From contig JAYZEG010000032.1 in assembly GCA_036337435.1 (NCBI GenBank), positions 1 through 58,052 on the forward strand: a stretch of 58,052 bases of DNA, in the 5' to 3' direction. Position 1 is the stretch's first letter. Every line of letters begins with the position of its first letter. Positions 32,091-41,195 of this stretch are shown here, one piece after another. The stretch comes from Myxococcota bacterium (GTDB lineage: Bacteria; Myxococcota_A; Bradymonadia; UBA7976; UBA1532). The position numbers and the translations under genes are program-made. The notes below the pieces were generated by a model, which was not told the DNA's origin, made no database searches, and saw nothing but the letters and a program-made list of their open reading frames with translations.

Positions 32091-33209
32091 ATGGCATCAA
32101 TTGAAGATCAAAAACGTGCCATCGGCGAACTCCTCTTTTCCGCCCGGAAAGCCCTTTCAATGGGCGATTTTGATACGGGAGAGAAACTCTACCAAGAAGT
32201 TCTCAGGGTCGCGCCCGCTGATGAGGCTGCATTGGATGGGCTTGCGGAACTGAAGCAGTTGCGAATCCTAGATGCAGACGGCGTCTCTGCGACTGATTGG
32301 CAGCATCAGTATGCCGCAGGACCAGACGAGAGCATTGACCAACCGCCGATTTTATCCAGCGATATCTTTGAGACTTTGTCATCAACCGATACGGAGCCCC
32401 CGAGCGAATTACCCGATGATTATGAGCCGATCACCGAGGAGGTTGAGATTCCCAATCGAGACCCGGCTCATCAACCGTCCGCTGTATCAGGTGGCCTTAG
32501 GGCTGATGAGACGCCGACCGGCTATTCAAATCCCGACAGCGACCCCTTTACCTGGCCACAGGGATATTTTACCGCTGGAACGGCTGAAACGGGAGACGGA
32601 ACGCTAGACGCGCGACGGACCTTGCTCCAGCCATCCGGAATGGGATCGTCCAACTCAGTCCCCGATACGACTCTGCCCGATGTTCAAGAAATTCCAACGC
32701 ATTTAACTCAGGAGGTCTCTGCCCAGCCCGTGGCTGCAGAGCCTCCGCCCCTGTACAGCTTTGCCTCAGTGCGACCCGTCGAGGTCACCATTGAGACCTT
32801 TGACGACGATTTGGACGATGACAACGAATCCCTCAGTACGCGCATACAAATGGCCGACCGTAAGCACCGGTCCGGGGATTACCAGGGGTCCTTAGACCTC
32901 TTAAAGCTCGTCTTGGCAGAAGACCCTAGCCATGCTGTGGCGACGGCATTAGCCCAACTCAACGAATCGAAAATCCGAGATGTTTTTTTGAATAAGCTCG
33001 GCGGTCTTAGGCAGTGCCCCCGACTCAAAGTGACCCAGCAAGAATACGTCTGGCAATCGTTGTCACACGTTGAAGGCTTTGTCTTGAGTCTTGTTGACGG
33101 CCAGACCAGTTATGGGGACATCGTCGACATCGCGGCGATGCCGGAGGCAGAGAGCCTCAAAACCCTGGTCAAGCTTCTTGAATTGGAGATTATTGTCAAT
33201 GCTGGCTGA
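32091..33209 (+). CDS. TPR protein with an acidic/Pro-rich linker and a C-terminal winged-helix-like domain
   Basis: N-terminal TPR, long low-complexity linker, second TPR, then 'EGFVLSLVDGQTSYGDIVDI...LVKLLELEII'. Confidence 0.75.
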   Translation: MASIEDQKRAIGELLFSARKALSMGDFDTGEKLYQEVLRVAPADEAALDGLAELKQLRILDADGVSATDWQHQYAAGPDESIDQPPILSSDIFETLSSTDTEPPSELPDDYEPITEEVEIPNRDPAHQPSAVSGGLRADETPTGYSNPDSDPFTWPQGYFTAGTAETGDGTLDARRTLLQPSGMGSSNSVPDTTLPDVQEIPTHLTQEVSAQPVAAEPPPLYSFASVRPVEVTIETFDDDLDDDNESLSTRIQMADRKHRSGDYQGSLDLLKLVLAEDPSHAVATALAQLNESKIRDVFLNKLGGLRQCPRLKVTQQEYVWQSLSHVEGFVLSLVDGQTSYGDIVDIAAMPEAESLKTLVKLLELEIIVNAG

Positions 33210-33218
33210 ATGACATGG

Positions 33219-34310
33219 TCAGCGGCGCCGTGTCTTCTCTAAATTGGCCATCCAGATTACCAAGGCATCTGCATAGGCATCGAATGGTGGACAGCGAACA
33301 CCTGTGGGTGCCAATAACTCAAGGACACCGGAACAATCATAGGTGACATGTTGAGTCAGGTCACCGAGCAGGACGCGTGCGAATGGCATGAGATGTCCGA
33401 GACGAGTTTGACCGACCACTCGTCTGGCAAATCCGGCGATCAGTGTACCGAAGCGCGGTGCTGGGCGGTTCGCGATATCAGCCAGTAGCTCAAACGCTTG
33501 CTTCGCACTTACTGGGTTCGGATCGGTTAAGTGAAAAGTCCGACCGCTCGCGGCTGGTTCGTAGGCCAGGATCCAAGCTGCGTCGACAACATAATCGATG
33601 GGGACGATGTTGAATGGAACAACGCCACTCCCCGGGAGGAACACCGGGATCTCTGTCGGCATCCGCAACATGAGTGAGAGCAGATACGAGGGGCCTTCGG
33701 TCAGACCATGAGCATCGCCGGTCTGTGAATGTCCTATCATAGATGATGGACGAAATACGGTCATTGGCAATCGAGGCATCGACGCGCGAATGATCCGTTC
33801 AGCTTTCATCATGTAGCGTTCAAAGGGGGTTCTCAGCGTCTGGCCCATTTCCAGTTCTTCCGCACAAATGGTGCCTGACCTGTCACCGCTGATGAATGCA
33901 GTCGAAAAGAAACAGAAGCGTTCAAATCGAACACAGCTGCGGGCGAGCATGATCAGACGATTCAAATTCGCGAGGTAGATATTGGGGTCCCCATGGGGCC
34001 CTGTTGGTTCGACATCGGCATGAAAAATATGGGTTAGGTTGGCTTGTAGATTTTTTACTTCTCGACCGCTCAATCCGGCGTCGGTGCTATCGGGGTTTCC
34101 GACGACCACTTTGAGATGCCGCCGATCCGCCGTGGTCAGCGTCGCAGCCCATTTTTCACCGGCATCTCGTTCACTGTGCGTGGTTAAAAGCACGATGGTT
34201 CGCCTTGGTCGAGCATTGAGGGCTTTCCGTGCCAAGCCTTTTGATAGGAGACGCGGAAATCCAGTGATCAAGACCATATCCGCTTTCTTGCGAGTTCTTG
34301 GCTCAGCCAT
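33219..34310 (-). CDS. Extended SDR / thioester-reductase-like NAD-binding protein with degenerate motifs
   Basis: VLITGFP, STAFISG, FRPSSMIGHSQTG, NIVPIDYV, TFHLTDP. Confidence 0.8.
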   Translation of the reverse strand: MAEPRTRKKADMVLITGFPRLLSKGLARKALNARPRRTIVLLTTHSERDAGEKWAATLTTADRRHLKVVVGNPDSTDAGLSGREVKNLQANLTHIFHADVEPTGPHGDPNIYLANLNRLIMLARSCVRFERFCFFSTAFISGDRSGTICAEELEMGQTLRTPFERYMMKAERIIRASMPRLPMTVFRPSSMIGHSQTGDAHGLTEGPSYLLSLMLRMPTEIPVFLPGSGVVPFNIVPIDYVVDAAWILAYEPAASGRTFHLTDPNPVSAKQAFELLADIANRPAPRFGTLIAGFARRVVGQTRLGHLMPFARVLLGDLTQHVTYDCSGVLELLAPTGVRCPPFDAYADALVIWMANLEKTRRR

Positions 34311-34896
34311 GGACGACCTGCTCCCAGATTTGTTCGACTTGATTCCGCGTTTCGTTCAATTCAGCTGAATTATCAATCAAATAATCGGCGTATGTTATCT
34401 TCTCAGCGACGGGCATCTGTGAATTGATGCGTTGCTGAGCCTGCTCCAACGATAATCTGTCACGTTCCATCAGACGTTTTGCTTGGGTTGCTGCGTCGAC
34501 GTGTACGACGATGATTGGGCGAAAGCCGTCTGCCCGGCCCGATTCAAAAAGGAGGGCTGCGTCATAGATGACCAACGGCGGACTCGATTCGAAAGCACGG
34601 CTGATGGCCTCTTGGCTTTCCTTCGCGATGAGGGGGTGGGTAATTGCGTTGAGGACAGACCTGGCTTCAGGCACGGCGAAAATATGCTTTCCAAGCTGGT
34701 CTCGGTCTAGTCGTCCATCATCGGTCAAAATCCAGTCACCAAAGGCATTTACCAATCGTTTGAGCCCCAAATGGTTGGGCTCAACAACCCGTCGTGCAAG
34801 GGCATCAGCATCGATGACGACAGCCCCGCGACTCGCAAACATTTTTGCCACGGTTGTTTTCCCGCAGGCGATGCCACCTGTTAATCCCATCAACAT
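34303..34896 (-). CDS. coaE: Dephospho-CoA kinase
   Basis: GLTGGIACGKT, IDAD, LNAITHP, LLFE, SQMP, IDN. Confidence 0.96.
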   Translation of the reverse strand: MLMGLTGGIACGKTTVAKMFASRGAVVIDADALARRVVEPNHLGLKRLVNAFGDWILTDDGRLDRDQLGKHIFAVPEARSVLNAITHPLIAKESQEAISRAFESSPPLVIYDAALLFESGRADGFRPIIVVHVDAATQAKRLMERDRLSLEQAQQRINSQMPVAEKITYADYLIDNSAELNETRNQVEQIWEQVVHG

Positions 34897-35027
34897 AGAC
34901 CTACAATACTCAAATGAGTAACTATCGTCACTGGAAAGCTATCCTCTGCGGTGTTGCATAGGAGTTTGTGCATGGACCGATGATTCGTTTGTGATCCAGG
35001 CGAGTCATCCGGACAGGGTCAGACGGC

Positions 35028-35282
35028 GCAGGCTGCCTCGAGGGGGTGTGCCTGATTCTTTAGTGGACTCTGGCTCATGGATGGCATCGTCGAGCATGGC
35101 AGTGACTGGCCCAAAAGCGGTCCAGGTAGAAGAACTCGGGTAATCTTTCAACGCTCGCCGAGTGGAGCAGCTGGTGCCGTAGCAAAAAAAATTAGGCGAC
35201 CCAGCGAGGGGGCAGCCACCGTCCAATCGCCGAGATAAGACGCAACTTTTAGGTGTCGGGCACCGACCTCGAGGCTGCCTGC
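35028..35282 (+). ncRNA. Candidate structured ncRNA (6S-like closing stem plus bubble, branched apex); family unassigned
   Basis: 15/16-bp terminal helix 35028-35043/35267-35282 plus nested helices; all wobble pairs are U.G on the + strand; lies in a 550-bp gap. Confidence 0.5.
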
Positions 35283-35446
35283 TAAGGCTCTTTGGGCGTA
35301 TCTCATGGACAAATTGGGCAATACCTGGCCGTCCCTTGGTCTCTTCGCTTGAATTGTTGCCGATTGAGGGGTATCGATGGCTTGCCCTGCCAGGGTTGTG
35401 CGAATGCTGAAACGGGCTCTGCCCGAGGAGAGTCAGGAATACTACA

Positions 35447-36448
35447 GTGAACAAAAGGTCAAATTTGCCATATCTGAGCGGCGTTTGGGCGTGGGTTGAA
35501 TCACTGATCCATTCCAGCGGCTTGATGATTTTGATCGGCTTAGCTCTCTTGGTCAGTGCAATCAACGGGTTGGTGTATCCGTTGGGCCAGCATCCTGCTG
35601 AAGGGTTGATGGTGCGCCTCCCGCTGGCTATCGCGCCATTCACTTTGTTGGCCGCAACCTACTGGGCCACTGGTTTTGCAAGACTGACATTGGGTCTCAC
35701 AGCAGTGGGAATATGGGCGATTCTCCTTGGCAGCTGGTCCACCGAGTCCACCGGTCTACTGAGGGTGGGTGGACAGGTCGCCGAGAGTTATGGACGGTTC
35801 GTCTCTGATCGTGACATTCAGGTACATTTGGGGGCTCAAGTGGCAGCTGATATCAATGATGAGCGGGTTTCGCTGACTTTTGGTATGCCGAATGCCCAAC
35901 AAAAAAAACTGACATTTCAGAGGCGCATGCCTCAAGCGAAAGCTCATGACGGACGCATTTACGCATTGGACAGAGTCGTTTTTGATGATGATGCCCATGT
36001 GGCTGTCTTGAGCATTCGGTCACGCGCGAATCCCGGACAAGAGGTCATCAAACGGGTTGCCGTGGACCGACCCATTTTGGTTACGAACTCGACATCGGCG
36101 GTTGACGATACGGCAGGGAACTCCAGTGACGTTAAAGGAGATTTACGACTTAAAGTCAGCCAAATGCGAAATGACTTCTTGAAACGGCTCGGTGCCGCAG
36201 TTCAGCTGGATTTGCAGTGGAATGGCGGCAGCGAAAATGCGTGGTATTTTGCTGATGCGCCCGACTTAGATAAACGGCATGGCACCAGCCCCTGGCAGAT
36301 CCAATTACTCAGGATTGAAGGCGCGCAAATGGCTGAGTTCAGCGTCAGGCGACCCTCGCGAGACATGGTCGCCTGGTTTGGTTGGAGCCTCATTTTTCTT
36401 GCCATGGCCTTGCACCTATTTGGGTCGATTCGGGAGGGCAGGGCATGA
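35447..36448 (+). CDS. Membrane protein, divergent ResB/Ccs1-like
   Basis: N-terminal TMs (WAWVESLIHSS...GLVYPLGQ), large soluble beta-rich loop, C-terminal 'FSVRRPSRDMVAWFGWSLIFLAM' resembling ResB 'LQVxxDPG..vvW.G'. Confidence 0.5.
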   Translation: MNKRSNLPYLSGVWAWVESLIHSSGLMILIGLALLVSAINGLVYPLGQHPAEGLMVRLPLAIAPFTLLAATYWATGFARLTLGLTAVGIWAILLGSWSTESTGLLRVGGQVAESYGRFVSDRDIQVHLGAQVAADINDERVSLTFGMPNAQQKKLTFQRRMPQAKAHDGRIYALDRVVFDDDAHVAVLSIRSRANPGQEVIKRVAVDRPILVTNSTSAVDDTAGNSSDVKGDLRLKVSQMRNDFLKRLGAAVQLDLQWNGGSENAWYFADAPDLDKRHGTSPWQIQLLRIEGAQMAEFSVRRPSRDMVAWFGWSLIFLAMALHLFGSIREGRA

Positions 36449-37320
36449 TCCCCTTTTACCTCGCGTTGGTCGCAGCTGGTTTGGCAGGGATTTTGGTTGC
36501 TCTCAGCCAACTTCCTCAACGCGACAAACTCGCGTCGATGCTCTGTCTTATCTGTGTCGCGTCTTGCGTGACCCTAAACTCCAATTGGGCCGCGAGTGGT
36601 GGTTTGGCCACAGGCTCTCTGAATGCCATAGCCGCGTATTCAGATGGTCGTCCAGTTGAAACCGTGCTGGAATTGTATGGTATCTCAGGCGAACGCCGTG
36701 TTCGAGGGCTGGCTCTAACAGCACCCATTCCATGGCTAAAACAGAGCCTTCTCGTACTTGGATTACTCTCTCTTCTCGGGTTTATTGCGTCTTTTCGTAG
36801 TCGCTGGACTGGGCCTCTCTCGAAACGGGAAAATCTTGATTTGGGGGCGGTTCTCGTGTTCACAGCGATCGGGGGTCTGTTGGCATTTCAATTGCCTGAT
36901 TCATCGCCTTCGCAAGAGTCCATTCGGCAGTTTATCGGTGGTTTTACGAGCACGCAGACAATCGAGAGTTTTTCGATACCGACCGGTGACTGGAGTTATC
37001 GTTTCAGCGGTCTCAATCCATCTGGTGTTCTTGGTTACTGCTTGCTGTTGGCCATTCTCATCATGCTCAAACCCGCTGGATTTATCTCTGTTTGGCAGCT
37101 GAAAGCCGGGCTTTCCCTGTTGGCCATGATGATGGTCGCGAGCGTCCTCTGGCGTGCGAGCTTGGTCGGAGGCTTCCCGTGGCACACACTCGATGCGGTG
37201 GTGTCATTATCTGCATCAGCTTTTATTTTCTCGGTCGTCTTGAGCCAGCACCCACGGGTGGTATCAACATTGGCTATGGGCAGCGCAATCCCGCTTCTTT
37301 TTGCGGTGCTGAGCCTCTAA
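36445..37320 (+). CDS. Polytopic membrane protein, possibly a degenerate CcsA/ResC
   Basis: ATGA overlap with the upstream gene; about 8 hydrophobic segments; 'WRASLVGGFPWHTLD' at the position expected for the WWD motif. Confidence 0.45.
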   Translation: MIPFYLALVAAGLAGILVALSQLPQRDKLASMLCLICVASCVTLNSNWAASGGLATGSLNAIAAYSDGRPVETVLELYGISGERRVRGLALTAPIPWLKQSLLVLGLLSLLGFIASFRSRWTGPLSKRENLDLGAVLVFTAIGGLLAFQLPDSSPSQESIRQFIGGFTSTQTIESFSIPTGDWSYRFSGLNPSGVLGYCLLLAILIMLKPAGFISVWQLKAGLSLLAMMMVASVLWRASLVGGFPWHTLDAVVSLSASAFIFSVVLSQHPRVVSTLAMGSAIPLLFAVLSL

Positions 37321-37911
37321 ATGGTCGACAATCCTTACGTAAATTCAGTGAGCTTTATTAAAAGTGCGGTTCTTCCAAAGGACTACCCTGAGAGCGAGTT
37401 ACCTGAAATTGCTGTGGCTGGACGTTCCAATGTTGGTAAATCCAGCTTGATCAATCGTCTAGTGAATCGCCGCCGGCTCGCCAAGGTTTCCAATACGCCA
37501 GGACGAACACAGCTCCTCAATTTCTTTTTGGTCAATGACCGTTTCGTCCTGTGTGACTTGCCGGGGTATGGATTTGCGAAAGTCCCCAAAAAAATTAAAG
37601 ATGGGTGGGGGCGCATGGTGGAGTCATATCTGGCCGAGCGAAATCAAATTCGGGCACTATTGATCTTGACCGATGTTCGTCGGCAGCCAGGCGATTGGGA
37701 GAAACAGATGTTCACGTGGGCAAGTCACTTTGGTTACGCCGTAATCCCGGTTGCGACTAAAATCGATAAGCTCACCGTGTCAAAAAAGAAGCCGGGCATT
37801 CTGTCGACGGCAAAAGGCCTTGGTCTCAATCCAAAACAAGTGGTTGCTTGGTCGGCTGTATCAGGCGAGGGACTCGATGAACTTTGGGCCCGTATAGAGC
37901 GGGTTCTCTAG
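37321..37911 (+). CDS. engB: Ribosome-biogenesis GTPase EngB/YihA
   Basis: GRSNVGKSS, PGRTQ, DLPGYG, TKID. Confidence 0.96.
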   Translation: MVDNPYVNSVSFIKSAVLPKDYPESELPEIAVAGRSNVGKSSLINRLVNRRRLAKVSNTPGRTQLLNFFLVNDRFVLCDLPGYGFAKVPKKIKDGWGRMVESYLAERNQIRALLILTDVRRQPGDWEKQMFTWASHFGYAVIPVATKIDKLTVSKKKPGILSTAKGLGLNPKQVVAWSAVSGEGLDELWARIERVL

Positions 37912-37912
37912 G

Positions 37913-38368
37913 TTGCGGGCTCGCAGTCAGCCATCATGTCGGAACCTCATTGCCACTGATGTTCAGGTCATTCATCGCTTATGCATCGACTCCCTGTCGG
38001 TCGTTAGAACGCTTGACGACACGCGTCAAGCGCTCCTGGCCCGTAATCAGGTGGTGCGGGTTCTTGTCGATGCATGTGATGGATTTGCCGGTTATGCCCT
38101 CGGCTGGCAGGTCAAAGACTTGGCCGAGCTCACTGAAATTGCGATTCGGTCCTCTTGCAAAGGACAAGGATGGGGGCGCTGGCTTCTCGATGATTTTATT
38201 GAATATACACGGGGTTTGGGAGCCAAAACGGTTGATTTAGAGGTCAAGGAGAACAACCAAATCGCAATCGCCCTCTACGAATCAAGTGGATTTTTAAAAG
38301 TCGGCAGTCGCTCGAAATATTATCGAGATGGGGCAGATGCTTATCTCTATTCTCTAGAGCTGTCTTGA
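37913..38368 (+). CDS. GNAT acetyltransferase, RimI-like
   Basis: IAI...KGQGWG, LEVKENNQIAIALYESSGF, KYYRDGADA. Confidence 0.8.
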   Translation: MRARSQPSCRNLIATDVQVIHRLCIDSLSVVRTLDDTRQALLARNQVVRVLVDACDGFAGYALGWQVKDLAELTEIAIRSSCKGQGWGRWLLDDFIEYTRGLGAKTVDLEVKENNQIAIALYESSGFLKVGSRSKYYRDGADAYLYSLELS

Positions 38369-41187
38369 TCAAGTTCGGACACGGGGGTCTCCAACGCCTC
38401 GTCATCAGCCGCGGTCGACGAGTCCCGTTTTGACCCGTTCGTTTCCCGAGCACGTTCATCGCTCAGCATCGGAAATGCATCCGAGGGCAAAGGTGTGGTC
38501 GCTTGACGGGCCGCACTCTCTCCAATGCGAATGAGGAAAGCCCCAATGTCGTCTCGCCTAAATGCGATTTCATCGGGGGTCCGGTCTTGTGCGATGGATA
38601 GAAACGTGTCGGTCTTGCGGCCAGATTTTACCCTGGTTTGAGTGACAAGCCCTTCAGCAATAAACAAATCCAGGGCATTCTTCAGCGCGACGGTAGACGC
38701 AGCCTCCGCTCTACGGATATCGCCTTGTAGAAATTCCTTTTCGGCATGTTCACGGGCAAATTCGAGCCAAAGCCGTTTCTCCATCGGCTGCGACACAAGG
38801 GTTCTGAGGGCATCAGCAGCTGCCCAGTAAGCCTCGACCAAATGCAGCATCATACCCCGCAAAAAGTCGATCGCCAGTTGGGAACGAACGCGAACGAAAC
38901 CATGTGCATCAATTTCGATAAGAGACTCGCTGATCAAGCGGTCGATGGTCTCCCGAAAGTTCACATCAAAGGTGGTATCGGTCTCGTAGATGAATTCAAG
39001 TCGAAACCAATAACTGAGTCGGCGCGTTTCAGCAGACAGGCTATCGTAGGAAATCAGCTCATCACCGACCGTGAGGGCAGTCGCGACCAAGCAATCCGGT
39101 GCGAGGATACTCAGAACGGAATTGCGGTAGTAATCCAGTTCAATTCGTGACCGGTCCGGTACAGAATAGATCTGTTCTTGACCTTGTTCGATGGTGTTGA
39201 CCATGCGCTTGAGAAGAACAACACCTTCACTCAATAGGGGCTTGAGTGCATCGCCGCGCGCCCGAGCTCCGTCGCGTGCGTTGCGCGCGTAAGCATCATC
39301 TATTTGACTTTGGTGCGCTTTCAAAACGTGCCGCAGAGATGCTGAAAGTCTAGCGTTTCTACTCACCAAAAGGTCGACTGTAAAACCAACCAATTCGCGG
39401 AGTCGGGTGTCCGATATACCCCGACGATGATGACTGAGCAGGACCGCGCCGACGAGAGCTGATGGTGCGACGACCGTCGCCTCATGAATCTGACGCATGA
39501 GGTGATAGCTGAGACGTCTCGTCGTTTCACGAAACCGAGCGTCTTCCAAGGTCTTAAGTGGTGGAATATCGAATTGGGATAGGTATTCACTGAGTCGGAC
39601 CGGTTCGGAAAAGTTGACATAAACGCGGCCATGGCGGGCACGGAAAACCCGACCCGCCTTCACCACGCCAGCGACACTCTCGACCTGCTTTTGACCACCG
39701 GTCAGCTCGTGTCGGTAGCTTCCCGTTTCCAAAACCCGCTCGTAAGAGATATTGATGGGTATGAATTGAAGATCTTTGAATTCTCCCTCTCGAATGCCCT
39801 CGAGGAGCATGGCCAGCATGCCCATCTTGGGTGGCAGTAGCTTTCCCGTTCGGCTGCGCCCGCCTTCCATGAAGAATTCCACTGGATAGCCTTCTCTCAC
39901 CAGTTTCCAGAGATAGTTCTTGAAGGTGAATTTATAAAAGGGCAACCCTGCGAAACTGCGTCTCAGAAAGAATGCACCAGACCGTCTAAAGAGCGTCCCG
40001 AGCGGGAAAAATGAAAGGTTGCGTCCGGCAGCGATGTGAGGTGGAACGAACTCGTAATTCATAAAGACCCATGAGACGACCAAATAGTCCACGTGACTCT
40101 TGTGACTCGGAACCAAAATGAGAGGGGCTGTGCGGCTATGTCTCGCAGCTTCTTTCACTCGCCGCATGCCTGCTTCATCAACCTCGACGCCGTTGAAGAT
40201 TCTACGAAAAACGAACCCGAGGGCACGGGAAAAGGCAAGCAGGACTTCGAAATTTAGGTTTGCCGATATTTCCTTTAGATACCTTTGGCAGGTTTCTAGT
40301 GCTGTGACCGGATCCAGTCCGTTCTCCCGTGCGAGTCCTTGGAGTTGCGACTTGAATTTTCGTCGTTCTAAGATTTCTTTTCGCAGGAGGGGACCTGACT
40401 TAACTCGTGGTCCACTGATGGCCATCGCTTCGTTAGCAAGGTGAATAATCAGCACCCGTCGCACCTTACGTGCGAGCCGTTCGTCACTCCAATCTTTGTG
40501 TTCTGCGAGGACCTGCTTTAAGTTAATGGGTTCGCCAATTCGTGCTGATGCCAGTTTTGAAGACCGCAAGAAATGAACAAACTTTCTTAAGCGTCCAGAT
40601 GCAAGGCGATCGCCAAACATAATATCAAACCAGGAATGCCGTTTTGTCGGCGGTTTGCGTGGCCAAGAAATATGCTGAGGCAACAACATGATCGGCTCAT
40701 CTTGTCCACGCTGGATTTGGACGAGTCGCTCAATGAAGCGCGGATTGGAGCGTCGCTCACTGGTCAGGGCCCGCACCTTCATAAATAAAAGTGCGGCTTT
40801 GCCTCTCTGAATTGTCTCTGTCAGTTGTTCGATGCCTTTGGGCTCATCCTTCGAACCGAATCGAAACACCCGGTGAAATGTACTCTTCATCCACTTCTTT
40901 AGATCCCTAAACAAAGTAAGGTCGAGTCCATTTGCAAAGCGTGCAAGGGGCATCCCGATTCGGAGGAAGAGGTAGTTGAAAAACAGATAATCTAATGTGC
41001 TCCGAGTACGCATCACGTACACAATCGTCCCCTCTTGGCTGAGGGCTCTTAATCGATTTTCAGTCTCATGGTCGAGGCGGATGTGATCGAAGTAACGCCG
41101 CCCAAACCAACCGAATAGACCGGTGGTCCGGCCGAGCATCGCACTGCTGTATCGCGGCGATTCTGCTGGTTTTGCGTCGTGTTCCAC
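38347..41187 (-). CDS. plsB: Glycerol-3-phosphate acyltransferase
   Basis: PSHKSHVD (HX4D), GAFFLRRSF, FFMEGGRSRTG, PINISYERV. Confidence 0.9.
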   Translation of the reverse strand: MEHDAKPAESPRYSSAMLGRTTGLFGWFGRRYFDHIRLDHETENRLRALSQEGTIVYVMRTRSTLDYLFFNYLFLRIGMPLARFANGLDLTLFRDLKKWMKSTFHRVFRFGSKDEPKGIEQLTETIQRGKAALLFMKVRALTSERRSNPRFIERLVQIQRGQDEPIMLLPQHISWPRKPPTKRHSWFDIMFGDRLASGRLRKFVHFLRSSKLASARIGEPINLKQVLAEHKDWSDERLARKVRRVLIIHLANEAMAISGPRVKSGPLLRKEILERRKFKSQLQGLARENGLDPVTALETCQRYLKEISANLNFEVLLAFSRALGFVFRRIFNGVEVDEAGMRRVKEAARHSRTAPLILVPSHKSHVDYLVVSWVFMNYEFVPPHIAAGRNLSFFPLGTLFRRSGAFFLRRSFAGLPFYKFTFKNYLWKLVREGYPVEFFMEGGRSRTGKLLPPKMGMLAMLLEGIREGEFKDLQFIPINISYERVLETGSYRHELTGGQKQVESVAGVVKAGRVFRARHGRVYVNFSEPVRLSEYLSQFDIPPLKTLEDARFRETTRRLSYHLMRQIHEATVVAPSALVGAVLLSHHRRGISDTRLRELVGFTVDLLVSRNARLSASLRHVLKAHQSQIDDAYARNARDGARARGDALKPLLSEGVVLLKRMVNTIEQGQEQIYSVPDRSRIELDYYRNSVLSILAPDCLVATALTVGDELISYDSLSAETRRLSYWFRLEFIYETDTTFDVNFRETIDRLISESLIEIDAHGFVRVRSQLAIDFLRGMMLHLVEAYWAAADALRTLVSQPMEKRLWLEFAREHAEKEFLQGDIRRAEAASTVALKNALDLFIAEGLVTQTRVKSGRKTDTFLSIAQDRTPDEIAFRRDDIGAFLIRIGESAARQATTPLPSDAFPMLSDERARETNGSKRDSSTAADDEALETPVSELDQDSSRE

Positions 41188-41195
41188 GAGTTGTG

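Noticed and set aside
34897..35446. RNase P, tmRNA, SRP RNA or tRNA in the large gap
   Set aside because: No GAGGAAAGUCC, no tRNA-like ends or T-loop, and no SRP GGAA-tetraloop helix on either strand.
35005..35643. 212-aa minus-strand ORF
   Set aside because: It overlaps the ResB-like gene antisense, has no recognisable motif, and the region is better explained by RNA structure. Not fully excluded.
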